Assembly: GCA_036744005.1 (NCBI GenBank) | Contig: DAINOJ010000013.1 | Coordinates: forward strand, 10 to 64,009 | Origin: Bacillota bacterium | Lineage (GTDB): Bacteria; Bacillota; JAAYKD01 | DNA: 64,000 nt | Reading direction: 5' to 3' | Shown: piece after piece, positions 47,413 through 58,136 of the stretch | Position numbering within the stretch: position 1 is the first letter of the stretch | Layout of the letters: each line of letters opens with the position of its first letter | The notes under the pieces: generated by a model | The model's input: the letters and a program-made list of their open reading frames with translations, nothing else | Database searches by the model: none | What the model was told of the DNA's origin: nothing | Program-made: the position numbers and the translations under genes

Positions 47413-47751
47413 ATGAATAAAAGGAGTGTCGTCATTCTTCCTAAAACACAGTCGATTCTCAACACTATGGGTGAGCAAATAAAAATGGCAAGACTCCGGC
47501 GAAAGCTCTCGGTAGATCTTGTTGCTGAGAGAGCCGGTATAAGCAGGGCCTCTTTATGGTCGGTTGAGAAAGGTTCACCCTCTGTATCGATGGGAATCTA
47601 CGCAGCTGTACTTCATGCTTTGAATAATATGGACAAAGACTTGCTTCTTATTGCTAAGGACGATGATCTTGGTAGAAAGTTACAAGACCTCGATCTACCG
47701 GTCAGAAAACGTTCGCCAAAAAAGCAAGGTGATACAAATGAGAAATCATGA
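47413..47751 (+). CDS. XRE HTH antitoxin (HipB-like)
   Basis: MGEQIKMARLRRKLSVDLVAERAGISRASLWSVEKGSPSV; overlaps the hipA start. Confidence 0.88.
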   Translation: MNKRSVVILPKTQSILNTMGEQIKMARLRRKLSVDLVAERAGISRASLWSVEKGSPSVSMGIYAAVLHALNNMDKDLLLIAKDDDLGRKLQDLDLPVRKRSPKKQGDTNEKS

Positions 47752-48991
47752 GAAAAAAATATACGTCTATTCTGACTGGTTCAAAGAGATTCCAGTGTTG
47801 TTGGGTTTTCTGTATGAGAGTGGTATCCGAGGGAATGCGACGTACTCGTTTGAGTATGATTCTACTTGGTTGAAAGAAAATTTTGATGTTTTGTCTTTCG
47901 ACCCGGATCTCTTCCTGTATTCTGGAAGGCAATATACACCTTTTGAAAAAACCATGTTTGGTATTTTTTCGGATTCATGTCCTGATCGTTGGGGAAGATT
48001 ACTAATGAAACGACGAGAAGCCATTCTGGCAAGGAAAGAAAATCGAAAACCACGTGCCTTAACAGAAAGTGATTTTTTATTGGGGGTTCATGACGAATCA
48101 AGAATAGGTGCGCTCCGGTTTTCTCTACAAGAAAACGGCCCTTTTCTATCCGACGACAAAGAATTTTCTACTCCACCGTGGACTACTCTTAGAAACCTAG
48201 AAAGTGCTTCGTTTGCATTTGAAGGTGGAGACGATATTGATGAAGAGAAGTGGTTGAAGCAATTATTTGCCTCAGGTTCTTCTTTAGGAGGAGCACGTCC
48301 AAAAGCTTCCGTACAAGCACCCGATGGTTCTTTATGGATAGCAAAGTTTCCGTCTAAACACGACGAATGGAATTCAGGTGCGTGGGAAATGGTTGTACAT
48401 GAGCTTGCGCAAAGATGTGATTTGCTTGTTCCCGAAGCCAAACTAGAAGACTTCTCAGAGAAGGGAAGTACATTCTTAGTGAAGCGATTTGACCGCAATG
48501 GAGCTAAGAGAGTTCATTATTCCTCTGCTATGACTTTGCTTGGAAAGACCGATGGTGCCGGATCAGATAATGCAAGCTATTTAGATATGGTTTCATTTAT
48601 AAAATCAAATGGAGCTTCGCCGAAGCAAGACTTGAAAGAACTATGGAAACGCCTTGTATTTACCATGGCGGTATCGAACACCGATAATCATTTACGTAAT
48701 CATGGCTTTATTCTCAGTAATGGGGGTTGGCGTCTCTCTCCAATGTTTGATGTGAATCCTACGATTTACGGAGATAAACTTTCCCTAGCAGTAAATTCAT
48801 ATGATAATTCAATCAATTTCGAATTAGCTCTTGAGACGGCAAGATACTATGAGATCGATATGGTTACCGCCAAGAAAATAGTAGAAGAAATTAGTGATGT
48901 TGTGCTTGGCAACTGGAGAAGCATCGCTACATATTTTGGGTTAAGTAGAAATTCTATCGAACATATGGAACCTGCCTTCAGGCTAAAGTAG
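47738..48991 (+). CDS. hipA: HipA family kinase toxin
   Basis: SSLGGARPKA, WIAKFP, FLVKRFDR, NTDNHLRNHGF, LSPMFDVNP. Confidence 0.95.
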   Translation: MRNHEKKIYVYSDWFKEIPVLLGFLYESGIRGNATYSFEYDSTWLKENFDVLSFDPDLFLYSGRQYTPFEKTMFGIFSDSCPDRWGRLLMKRREAILARKENRKPRALTESDFLLGVHDESRIGALRFSLQENGPFLSDDKEFSTPPWTTLRNLESASFAFEGGDDIDEEKWLKQLFASGSSLGGARPKASVQAPDGSLWIAKFPSKHDEWNSGAWEMVVHELAQRCDLLVPEAKLEDFSEKGSTFLVKRFDRNGAKRVHYSSAMTLLGKTDGAGSDNASYLDMVSFIKSNGASPKQDLKELWKRLVFTMAVSNTDNHLRNHGFILSNGGWRLSPMFDVNPTIYGDKLSLAVNSYDNSINFELALETARYYEIDMVTAKKIVEEISDVVLGNWRSIATYFGLSRNSIEHMEPAFRLK

Positions 48992-49040
48992 CGCAAGAGA
49001 TATCTATACATACAATTTGTCTAGAGAAAGCAGGAATAAT

Positions 49041-49988
49041 ATGTACAGGACAAAGTACCCTATCCACCCCGATTTCAAAAGATGGGAGAATTTTAATCCT
49101 CCGCTCAATGAAACGTCGATTCCAATTTTACAGAAACTGATGAGTGTGCTGGTTTTAAAGGAACCAATCACTTCAAAAGTACCCGTTGAGCGTAAGGATA
49201 TCCCTGTAAATAGCGGAGAAACCATTCGAGCACTACTCTATTCTCCTAGTAATATAACCCCTAACTCACCCTGCCTGATTTACTTTCATGGTGGGGGTTT
49301 TGTCTTGCCTGCAGGTCCATTTCATTACACCTTAGCCAAGGAATATGCCATGAGAGCCAATTGTAAAGTGCTCTTTGTTGATTATCGCCTTGCTCCGCAA
49401 TATCCCTTTCCGGTAGCACCTGAAGATTGCTACGCTGCCTACCAATGGGTTCTTGCCTCAGCAGAAAAGTTCTCCATTGACCCTAATCGTATTGCTGTTG
49501 GGGGAGACAGCGCTGGGGGTAATTTAGCTACGGTAGTCTGCCTCATGGCTAGAGATCGTGGTCTACCTATTCCATGTGCCCAGATGATGATTTACCCGGT
49601 TGCCGGAATGAAGATGGCAACCGAGTCTATGCGAAGATACATCGACACCCCAATGTGCAACAGCAAAGATGCCGATAAATACGACCAATTCTATATGCAA
49701 GATTCGTCAGCAGGGAAGCATGAATATTACTCGCCCTATGAAGCGAAGTCTTTGGATAGACTCCCGACTACCTACATAGAAACGGCGGAGTTCGACTGCC
49801 TACGCGACGGTGCCATTCTTTATGCAGAACGATTGCGTGCATTTGGTGTGAACGTGGAGTTACACAACACCATCGGCACGATTCATGGGTTTGACATCGT
49901 TTTTAACAGCCCGATTGTTCGAGAAAGTATAGAAAGAAGAGTCGATTTCTTAAAAAAGTCGTTTAATATCAGCTCCACCAGAAAATAA
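49041..49988 (+). CDS. alpha/beta hydrolase (HSL/esterase family)
   Basis: YFHGGGF, VDYRLAP, GDSAGG, DCLRD, HGF. Confidence 0.95.
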   Translation: MYRTKYPIHPDFKRWENFNPPLNETSIPILQKLMSVLVLKEPITSKVPVERKDIPVNSGETIRALLYSPSNITPNSPCLIYFHGGGFVLPAGPFHYTLAKEYAMRANCKVLFVDYRLAPQYPFPVAPEDCYAAYQWVLASAEKFSIDPNRIAVGGDSAGGNLATVVCLMARDRGLPIPCAQMMIYPVAGMKMATESMRRYIDTPMCNSKDADKYDQFYMQDSSAGKHEYYSPYEAKSLDRLPTTYIETAEFDCLRDGAILYAERLRAFGVNVELHNTIGTIHGFDIVFNSPIVRESIERRVDFLKKSFNISSTRK

Positions 49989-50030
49989 AAACAGGTGCAA
50001 CCATTCATGTAGAACGTGCACCTGTTTTTT
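49987..50030. terminator. bidirectional terminator
   Basis: AAAAACAGGTGCA...TGCACCTGTTTTT between convergent genes. Confidence 0.8.
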
Positions 50031-50038
50031 ATTTAGCT

Positions 50039-51103
50039 TCAATGAACTTTCATATGTTCAAAGACAACCCGATTTCTTCCTTCGTTTTTGGCACGGTATA
50101 ACAATCGATCGGCGTGTTGCAGAGCATGGTGATAATCGACTTCCATGTTGTGTGGCACATATAAAGCCCCAATGCTAATGCTCGTGCGTCGGGTTTCGCC
50201 CTCATAGACAAAATGCATTTCTTGAACTTCTCGGCGAATGCTTTCTGCTAAAGTCTCTACCTCAATGGGGTCACTCACTTTGCTTAGTACAACAAACTCC
50301 TCTCCACCATAACGAGAGATAAAATCCGTGGGAGGTACCAATTTGGTTAAAATGGTGGCAAACTGTCGCAAGATTTCGTCTCCGCAGAGGTGACCACAGG
50401 TATCGTTGATTCTTTTGAAGTGATCGATATCCAAAAAGAGAATACCAATGTCATCGTATCGGGTCTGACGATCTTGGAAAAGATCGGCGACATACTCATC
50501 AAAAGCGGTTCGGTTCATTAAGTGAGTCAAATAATCTCGACTGGCTAATGAACTGATTTTTTTATGAGCTCGGTTCATAATGTTACTATAATAGTACGCC
50601 GAATTGGCAATGCCAATGATGTTCATAAGGATATTAAAGGAGTGGAAGAAGGCCGACATGGCATAGGTGATTTTGACCGGAGGTGGCGTATCGTATGTCA
50701 CAAAGTAGACTAAGCCAAATAAAGTAATGACGCTTAACTCCGCCAGTAGTTTGTGCTTGGGCTGCCAACTGGTATACATAATTAAGCCGGCGATGACAAA
50801 GAAGATGTAATGAAAACCCGAAGTGCGTCCTAAATAAGATGTTTCTATAGCGGCAATCACCGAAACAGTGGATATAAAGACAAGCGAACCCATTGCATAA
50901 CGACGAACTCGATTGAGTTGCATGGCTAAGAGGGATACAAGAGAGGCGAAGAAATTCAAACCGGCGAGTAAGGGGCTCTTCACCCAAAAGAAGAAAATAC
51001 CCGTAAAGAGCAAGGTGAAAACCAAGGTTCCCAGGTAGACCAAATTGGCCTGATCATGGTACTGCTCGGTTTCGTATTGCGATTTCAGACGATGTTGTTC
51101 CAC
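50039..51103 (-). CDS. membrane-bound diguanylate cyclase (GGDEF)
   Basis: Several N-terminal TMs, DYLTHLMNR, DIDHFKRIND, RYGGEEF; GTG start after AAGGAGG. Confidence 0.93.
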   Translation of the reverse strand: MEQHRLKSQYETEQYHDQANLVYLGTLVFTLLFTGIFFFWVKSPLLAGLNFFASLVSLLAMQLNRVRRYAMGSLVFISTVSVIAAIETSYLGRTSGFHYIFFVIAGLIMYTSWQPKHKLLAELSVITLFGLVYFVTYDTPPPVKITYAMSAFFHSFNILMNIIGIANSAYYYSNIMNRAHKKISSLASRDYLTHLMNRTAFDEYVADLFQDRQTRYDDIGILFLDIDHFKRINDTCGHLCGDEILRQFATILTKLVPPTDFISRYGGEEFVVLSKVSDPIEVETLAESIRREVQEMHFVYEGETRRTSISIGALYVPHNMEVDYHHALQHADRLLYRAKNEGRNRVVFEHMKVH

Positions 51104-51281
51104 AATCAGCCCTCCTTGTTTGGTGTCACAAAGCACGGTTACGTTTGTTTTTATTGTACGGCTATTTCCGATTTATGTCAATAAATTTTTGAAAATCATA
51201 GGAGAATGCTCAAAAACGGCGAATACATCCAAGGTTAGAGAGAATATTCGCGAAATATTCCATACGAAGGAGGATGTTATC

Positions 51282-52790
51282 TTGTCTTACTCACCCAAAT
51301 TATCTTCAGCGTTCAATGACACTGTAAACCGCAGCACTCACATTTCGCCGTTATCGGGTATGTGTTCGCTGTGTACAGAAGAGTGTTCTGGTACCTGTGA
51401 AATTGCTTTGGCAGCCGTTCTCGGTATGCAGACGGTGTATCCCACCAACACGGGGGCCAACCAAGTCGCATCGGAGAAAGATTATCCATTTGATTGGTCT
51501 CATTTCAACATCAATGGACGGGTATTTGGTGCCCAGGGTGTGAATGCCACCCATGAAGACGCTACCGTATTTAACGTAAAACTGGAAAGAGAATATGGTT
51601 ATACACATAAAGTGAAGATGACCATGCCAATTATTTTGCCGGCCTTGATTAAAATGAATTGGGTGGATTACTTTGGAGGCGCAGCCATGGCTGGGATTTC
51701 TTGCGTCATTGGAGAGGATGCAAGAAATAAAGATCCTGAATTTAAACTGGAGAATGGAAAAGTGGCACAGTTCCCCGCGTTGCAAACCATGTTAGATGCT
51801 TTCCGTAAATACGACCGAGGCTATGGCCAGATTATTCTGCAAGTCAATACCGAAGACGACTCTATGGGGATTCCGGAATATGCCATTCAAAAATGTGGTG
51901 CAACCGCAATCGAATATAAGTTTGGCCAATCAGCAAAGGGGACACAACCTGTTACGAAACTAAAGAATCATCAAGAGGCGTTGGCAAAAGTAGCGGTCGG
52001 TATGTTGGTAACTCCAGATCCGACGACCCCGGAAATTCTTGAAAAAGTTCAACAAGGCATTGCACCCAATTTTTACGTTCATGCCAGGCTACCACAATGG
52101 ACTGAAGAGTATTTTGTCAAGCGATTTGATCAGCTACGCGCATTGGGTGCGAACAACATCTACTTAAAAATGGCGGGGTATGATCCCTCTAATATTGAGA
52201 AAGTCTTACAAATCGGGAGTGCTGCCAAAGTAGATATGATTACCTTCGATGGTGCCGGTGGTGGAAGCGGATACAGCCCCAATAAGATGATGAATGAGTG
52301 GGGTCTGCCGACGATTCTCTTGGAACAAGTGGTGTGCGAAATGGTTGCACGCATGAAATCGGCGGGGCAATGGGTTCCTGCCATCACCATGACCGGTGGC
52401 TTTGCATCGGAAGATCAAGTCTTTAAAGCGTTGGCCTATGGCGAGAATAACGTCACGGCCATTGGTTTATGCCGAGCAGCCATGGCTGCTGCTATGATGG
52501 GTAAAAACATTGGAGACCGAATCAAAGCCGGGGAGATTCCCAAACGGTACCAAAAGTATGGCAATACTGTGGAAGAAATTTTTACCGACTTGGCTGATTT
52601 GAGGTCCATTTATGGCAAAGCAGCCAATGATTTCTCTCCGGGGGCGATTGGTGTGTTCTCTTATTTAAATAAAATCGCCTTTGGTATAAAGCATTTTGGT
52701 GCACTCAATCGCAAATTTGACGTCGCATTATGGAATCGCAGTGATCTAATCCCCCTCACCGAACACGCGAAGGATGCGATGCAGAAATAG
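51282..52790 (+). CDS. FMN-binding glutamate synthase family protein (stand-alone)
   Basis: CSLCTEECSGTCEI, EYKFGQSAKG, ITFDGAGGGSG, TGGF, GLCRA; TTG start after AAGGAGG. Confidence 0.88.
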   Translation: MSYSPKLSSAFNDTVNRSTHISPLSGMCSLCTEECSGTCEIALAAVLGMQTVYPTNTGANQVASEKDYPFDWSHFNINGRVFGAQGVNATHEDATVFNVKLEREYGYTHKVKMTMPIILPALIKMNWVDYFGGAAMAGISCVIGEDARNKDPEFKLENGKVAQFPALQTMLDAFRKYDRGYGQIILQVNTEDDSMGIPEYAIQKCGATAIEYKFGQSAKGTQPVTKLKNHQEALAKVAVGMLVTPDPTTPEILEKVQQGIAPNFYVHARLPQWTEEYFVKRFDQLRALGANNIYLKMAGYDPSNIEKVLQIGSAAKVDMITFDGAGGGSGYSPNKMMNEWGLPTILLEQVVCEMVARMKSAGQWVPAITMTGGFASEDQVFKALAYGENNVTAIGLCRAAMAAAMMGKNIGDRIKAGEIPKRYQKYGNTVEEIFTDLADLRSIYGKAANDFSPGAIGVFSYLNKIAFGIKHFGALNRKFDVALWNRSDLIPLTEHAKDAMQK

Positions 52791-52807
52791 TGAGAGCCCT
52801 AACTACA

Positions 52808-52837
52808 GCCACCTTTTCTTTGAAAGGGTGGTTTTTT
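52808..52837 (+). terminator. intrinsic terminator
   Basis: GCCACCTTTTC/GAAAGGGTGGT plus T-run. Confidence 0.7.
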
Positions 52838-52925
52838 AATGTTCAGCTAAAGTTCAGAAAAGCATCATTTGAAGTTCACTTGGACCCGTTATAGTAAGAG
52901 TAACAATGATTGAGGAGTGGGTTAA

Positions 52926-54473
52926 ATGAACAATAAATCAAAAGTGATGAGTTTGCTTTTAACTGGGTGTTTGCTCTTGAGTGGCTGCTCAACAATTCTC
53001 GAAAAGGATGTGATAGCTACTTCGAATATCAAGACCAATGAATCCACTGTGATTCATCAGACATCAGCAACCATCCAATTAAATGAAGGCACGAATACCA
53101 TAGAAAAAAGTGGTACGTATGAGGTGGCAGGTACGGTTAAGGACGGCAGCCTTATCATCGACATCGACAAGGAGGTGGATAGCGGGTTAGTGACCATCAT
53201 CTTAAACCAAGTAGAGATTCATTCATCCAACAGCGCGCCAATCTATGTAAAAGGGGCATCTGAAGTGTTAATCATACTAAAAGAAGGAACGACAAACACT
53301 CTAACTCAAGGGAAAGACATTATCGAAGATGCAGAAGGAGAACCCAATGCGGTGCTCTACTCAAAAGCAGATATAACCTTACAGGGACCAGGAAGTTTGT
53401 TGGTCCTTTCGGAGTACAATGATGGTATTGTGAGTAAAGACACATTGACGATTCAAAGTGGTTCCTATGAAATCGAAGTTGTAGGGGATGGTATAGTGGG
53501 CAAAGATTTGCTAGAAGTGTTCGATGGCGATTTCAACATCACCACGGGAGGAGGTTTTTCTTCTTCTGCTATGTCTTCTTCAAATTCCAATACCGGAAAG
53601 ACCGGTATGAGACCCGGGACAATGCAGACTACGCTGGTGGAACAAGAATCTATCAGTGCTAAGGGAATAAAAACAGAAGGGGATTTAATCATACATTCCG
53701 GTCGGTTTTATCTCTCCACCCAAGACGATGCTTTGCATGCCAACGGGAATATCGTCATTGAAGGTGGCTCATATACTCTGCTCAGTAGTGACGACGCCAT
53801 TCATGCAGATGCGCTCGTTCATATACAAGAGGGACAAATCAACATCCAGGAAAGCTATGAAGGCATTGAAGGCACTACGATTATAATCGAAGGAGGAGAA
53901 CTCAACATCCAAAGTGCCGATGATGGATTCAATTGCAATGTTTCAACCGGGTTGCTAACGATAAATGGTGGCATCGTTCGAATGAATGCTCTTGGCGATG
54001 GTGTGGATTCCAATGGCTCTATAGTGATGACCGGAGGTCAAGTCTATGTGAGCGGTCCCACAAACGATGGCAATGGGGCTTTGGATTATGATCGTAGTTT
54101 TGAAATTAGCGGTGGAGAACTCATAGCAGCTGGAAGCTCCGGAATGGCGCAAGTCCCCAGTAGTAGTTCAACACAGTCGTCTATACTCATGTATTTTAGC
54201 AAAGCACAAGCAGCAGAAACGACCATTGTACTGGCCGGCAGTAATGGAACAGAACTCTTGAAGTTTTCACCGGAAAATACATTTTCCTCGTTAGCCATGT
54301 CCCATAGCGAATTAAAGGTGGGCCAGAGTTACTCCTTATTTGCCAATGGAGTGCTTGTTGTTACCTTTACTCTTGGTAGCAGTGTGACCTATGTCAACGA
54401 AAGCGGAGTGACTACTGCACAGGGTATGGGTGGCATGGGATTCCCTGGAGGGGTTCGAGTGCCAATTCGCTAA
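52926..54473 (+). CDS. Cthe_2159/DUF4353-type carbohydrate-binding beta-helix lipoprotein
   Basis: Lipobox LSGC; repeated DGI/DAL/DAIH...I.GG beta-helix units; GNGALDYD. Confidence 0.88.
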   Translation: MNNKSKVMSLLLTGCLLLSGCSTILEKDVIATSNIKTNESTVIHQTSATIQLNEGTNTIEKSGTYEVAGTVKDGSLIIDIDKEVDSGLVTIILNQVEIHSSNSAPIYVKGASEVLIILKEGTTNTLTQGKDIIEDAEGEPNAVLYSKADITLQGPGSLLVLSEYNDGIVSKDTLTIQSGSYEIEVVGDGIVGKDLLEVFDGDFNITTGGGFSSSAMSSSNSNTGKTGMRPGTMQTTLVEQESISAKGIKTEGDLIIHSGRFYLSTQDDALHANGNIVIEGGSYTLLSSDDAIHADALVHIQEGQINIQESYEGIEGTTIIIEGGELNIQSADDGFNCNVSTGLLTINGGIVRMNALGDGVDSNGSIVMTGGQVYVSGPTNDGNGALDYDRSFEISGGELIAAGSSGMAQVPSSSSTQSSILMYFSKAQAAETTIVLAGSNGTELLKFSPENTFSSLAMSHSELKVGQSYSLFANGVLVVTFTLGSSVTYVNESGVTTAQGMGGMGFPGGVRVPIR

Positions 54474-54497
54474 ACGCAGGAATGTGGAGGTGCTATT

Positions 54498-55253
54498 GTG
54501 ATACAGACTTTTAAACGATATGAACTGAAATACAAAATTCATGAAGAGCAATGGAATAATCTGATTCCTGTTCTGCAAAAGTACATGAGTTTGGATGAAC
54601 ATTGTCAGTCGCAAGGGTCATACAAAATATACAATATTTACTTTGATAATGATACCGATGAAATCATTCGCCACTCTCTGACAAAACCCTATTATAAAGA
54701 GAAGCTGCGCCTGCGGAGTTACCAAATACCACATCGCGCCGATGACCCCATCTTTTTTGAAATTAAGAAAAAGATTGGTGGAGTTGTTAACAAAAGAAGA
54801 GCCATTACGACCCTATCGCAGGCCATTCGCTTGAGTGAGCATGGATTGATTTCAATACCCAATGAATATCAGAATCAGCAAGTTCTGGCAGAGATACAGA
54901 AGTTTCTATGGAGATACCAAGCCAAGCCAAAAGTGTTCCTAAGTTATGAGCGAGTGGCTTATTTTGAGAAAGGAAATCCAAACTTACGCGTTTCCTTAGA
55001 CTCTCATATTTTGAGTAGACGTACCCAAGTACATTTCGGCGGGGGAGAATATGGTACTCCTTTGCTTCCGGAAGGGGATTATATTATGGAGATCAAGTGT
55101 GACGGTCATATCCCTCTGTGGCTGAGTCAACAACTTTCGAAGCAATGTATATTTCGCACTGGGTTTTCAAAATATGGTACAGAATATAAGAATTACAGAG
55201 AGTCAAAATCACTCGATTTTGCAAAGAGGGGAGTAGAGCAATATGTTAGATGA
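54498..55253 (+). CDS. VTC-domain polyphosphate polymerase family protein
   Basis: FKRYELKY, NIYFD, KEKLRLRSY, EIKKK, SYER, IMEIK, FSKYG. Confidence 0.92.
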   Translation: MIQTFKRYELKYKIHEEQWNNLIPVLQKYMSLDEHCQSQGSYKIYNIYFDNDTDEIIRHSLTKPYYKEKLRLRSYQIPHRADDPIFFEIKKKIGGVVNKRRAITTLSQAIRLSEHGLISIPNEYQNQQVLAEIQKFLWRYQAKPKVFLSYERVAYFEKGNPNLRVSLDSHILSRRTQVHFGGGEYGTPLLPEGDYIMEIKCDGHIPLWLSQQLSKQCIFRTGFSKYGTEYKNYRESKSLDFAKRGVEQYVR

Positions 55254-55929
55254 ACTTTTCACCGGAACCCTTACCGACCCCTCTACATTGGGTTCGATTT
55301 TACTCATTCTAGGTTGTGCATTAGGGCTGGGTTTGCTAATCAGTATTGTGTATCGATTCACACATAGAACCAATGGATATTCAGCGAGTTTCAGCGTCAC
55401 CTTAATCATGTTGCCCGCTATTATTGCAATGATCATCGTTTTAGTTGGAAACAATGTTGCTCGTGCTTTCAGTTTGGCAGGAGCATTTAGCCTCATCCGT
55501 TTTCGAAGTGCTCCTGGGGATTCCAAGGATATTGCTTATGTCTTTTTCACCTTGGGAGTAGGATTGGCTTGTGGAATGGGATTTCTGGGGTTTGCTCTGC
55601 TTTTTACTTGCATTCTTTGCTTGGTCATGATACTTTTAGAGAAAGTACACTATGGTCAATTGCTTCCTGCTCCTTTGCGATTAAAGATTCAAATACCAGA
55701 AGAGTTAGAGTTTTCAGGAATCTTTGAACCCGTGTTGAAAGAGTACTCTCATCACTTTCTCTTAAAGCGAATCAAGACAACCGAGTTTGGCTCGTTGTTT
55801 GAGCTCAGCTATGATATTCAACTAGATCCCAGTAGGAGTTCAAAAGAATTCATAGATCGGCTTCGTACCTTAAATGGGAATCTGCAAATTTCCTTAACGA
55901 TGAACGAGGATGAACGCAACAAGTTATAG
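55243..55929 (+). CDS. DUF4956 membrane protein
   Basis: NNVARAFSLAGAFSLIRFRSAPGDSKDIAYVF. Confidence 0.92.
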   Translation: MLDELFTGTLTDPSTLGSILLILGCALGLGLLISIVYRFTHRTNGYSASFSVTLIMLPAIIAMIIVLVGNNVARAFSLAGAFSLIRFRSAPGDSKDIAYVFFTLGVGLACGMGFLGFALLFTCILCLVMILLEKVHYGQLLPAPLRLKIQIPEELEFSGIFEPVLKEYSHHFLLKRIKTTEFGSLFELSYDIQLDPSRSSKEFIDRLRTLNGNLQISLTMNEDERNKL

Positions 55930-55959
55930 AACCAATAGGGTCATTAAGGGGGTTATGTC

Positions 55960-56643
55960 ATGGCAAGATTGCTGATTTGTGATGATGAGAGCGGGTTACG
56001 CGCTATTTTAAAGCGGTATGCCTTGTTTGAAGGGCACGAAGTAACGGAAGCTGAGAATGGTATGGAAGCGGTTCAGCTATGTAGAACTCAATCATTTGAT
56101 ATCATCATCATGGATATCTTGATGCCGGAACTCGATGGATTCTCTGCGGTCAAAGAAATCAGAAAGAGTGCCGATACCCCTGTCATCATGTTATCTGCAC
56201 GTGGCGAAGAGTATGACAAAGTATTGGGTTTCGAAATCGGGGTGGATGATTATGTGGTGAAGCCATTTTCCTCCAAGGAAATCATGTTAAGGGTGCAAGC
56301 CATCTTGAAACGCTCGAAAGTTGCTCTGACGAAAGCGAATGAGGAAGGGCATTCTGTTTTCGAAAAAGAAGGTCTTTATGCTGATTTGACGGCATACAAG
56401 GTAAGAGTGGGTGGAGAAGTCGTGAACTTATCTCCCAAGGAATATGACCTCTTGTTTTTTCTCATTCGCAATCGCAATATTGCAATCACCCGCAGCAGAT
56501 TGCTCTCAGAAGTTTGGGGTTATGATTATTTTGGAGACGACCGCACCCTTGATACTCACATGAAGTTGCTAAGAAAAGCTTTAGGACCTTATGCAAAGTT
56601 CATTGTGACATTGCGGGGTTTAGGTTATCGATTCGAGGGTTAA
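55960..56643 (+). CDS. OmpR-family response regulator
   Basis: CDDE, DILMP, DDYVVKPF, LSPKEYDLL, VWGYDY, RGLGYRF. Confidence 0.95.
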   Translation: MARLLICDDESGLRAILKRYALFEGHEVTEAENGMEAVQLCRTQSFDIIIMDILMPELDGFSAVKEIRKSADTPVIMLSARGEEYDKVLGFEIGVDDYVVKPFSSKEIMLRVQAILKRSKVALTKANEEGHSVFEKEGLYADLTAYKVRVGGEVVNLSPKEYDLLFFLIRNRNIAITRSRLLSEVWGYDYFGDDRTLDTHMKLLRKALGPYAKFIVTLRGLGYRFEG

Positions 56644-56644
56644 C

Positions 56645-58087
56645 ATGAGAAAAAAGTGGAGTGGGCTTGCACTAAAGTGGAAAGTATTTGCTTATTTGCT
56701 GGGTTTTTGTAGCATTCTGCTGCTCATCTTATGGCTCTTCCAAACGGTTCTTTTGGATTCCTTTTACCGAAATATTCGCATCATGGAAATCAAGAACCAA
56801 GCGAGTATCATTGAAGCAAATATAAATCAAGTCAACCTGAGCGAAATGATCAATACGATATCCCAGCAAAGAGAAGTATCGGTTGAGATTCTTAACCTGA
56901 AGGGTGAAATGCTGCAGCGTGCAGATTCTCCGCGCGATCTTCCGTTTATACCGCTTTCACCTCAAGAAAAAATAAATTTTATTCAGCAGGCTAGCAACCA
57001 GAATGGGCAGTTTATTCAAACTCAAAGTTTCCCCACATTTACCGGGAAAGCCCCCAAAGACAATTTCAACAATGGACAATTTATCCTTTTTATGAAGCTC
57101 GTATCAGATAGTGATGGTAACCAACTCGTCATTTACATGAGCTCAATGATTACCCCAGTTACTGCTACTGTTACGACTCTTAGAGCTCAATTATGGGTGA
57201 TTACAGGAATCCTCTTCATCTTGTCAGTAGGATTAGCATTGCTTATTTCCAAGAAAGTATCAAAGCCCATTGAGGAAATCAATACCGGCGCAAAATCCTT
57301 GGCGAAAGGTGATTATGAAGTGGAGTTCCATGGGGAGGGCTTTTTAGAAATTGAAGAACTTTCTCATACCTTAAATACTGCAGCCAATGAACTTTCTCAG
57401 GTGGACAAACTAAGAAAAGAACTTCTTGCCAATGTATCTCATGATTTGCGAACCCCTCTGAGCTTGATTTATGGTTATGCGGAAGTGATGCACGATTTTC
57501 CCGAAGAGATTACCCAAGAGCAGACTCAAATCATCATGGAGGAATCATCTCGGTTAACTCGATTGGTGAACGATTTACTCGACATTTCCAAACTAGAACA
57601 GGGTAGGCAATCTCTACAATGCAAAGAATGGAACCTCACAAAAGCGATACTCCAATTGCAAAAAAGTTTAGGTGGGTTGATGAAGAAAGATGGTTACCTG
57701 ATCGAGTTCAACTATGATTTAGAGGTTTTTGTTGTTGCTGATGAGAGCAAATTGACGCAAGCAATGTATAATTTACTAATCAACTCTTTGCATTACTCAG
57801 GCGATAGCAAAAAGGTATACATCGAGCAATGCATTAGGGAAGACAGCGTAGAAATTGCCTTTGCAGATTCGGGTGTGGGCATGACAGCTGATGAAGTTCC
57901 TCACATTTGGGAACGCTATTATCGGGGGAACCAGGCACACAAGCGTGCTATCGAGGGCACCGGGTTGGGCTTATCGATAGTGAAGAAGGTCATGGATCTT
58001 CATCAAATCGAGTATGGCGTCGAGTCGGAAGTAGCAAAAGGAAGCCGTTTTTGGTTTCGAATACCTTACACAAAATGTGAACCATAA
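56645..58087 (+). CDS. sensor histidine kinase
   Basis: Two TMs, HAMP, VSHDLRTPL, NLLIN, DSGVG, GTGLGL. Confidence 0.95.
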   Translation: MRKKWSGLALKWKVFAYLLGFCSILLLILWLFQTVLLDSFYRNIRIMEIKNQASIIEANINQVNLSEMINTISQQREVSVEILNLKGEMLQRADSPRDLPFIPLSPQEKINFIQQASNQNGQFIQTQSFPTFTGKAPKDNFNNGQFILFMKLVSDSDGNQLVIYMSSMITPVTATVTTLRAQLWVITGILFILSVGLALLISKKVSKPIEEINTGAKSLAKGDYEVEFHGEGFLEIEELSHTLNTAANELSQVDKLRKELLANVSHDLRTPLSLIYGYAEVMHDFPEEITQEQTQIIMEESSRLTRLVNDLLDISKLEQGRQSLQCKEWNLTKAILQLQKSLGGLMKKDGYLIEFNYDLEVFVVADESKLTQAMYNLLINSLHYSGDSKKVYIEQCIREDSVEIAFADSGVGMTADEVPHIWERYYRGNQAHKRAIEGTGLGLSIVKKVMDLHQIEYGVESEVAKGSRFWFRIPYTKCEP

Positions 58088-58092
58088 AAGCG

Positions 58093-58124
58093 AAACAGGA
58101 TAGTCCGTGTGGACTATCCTGTTT
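58093..58124. terminator. bidirectional terminator
   Basis: AAACAGGATAGTCC-gtgt-GGACTATCCTGTTT, 14-bp perfect stem. Confidence 0.85.
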
Positions 58125-58136
58125 ATTTACCTGTTT

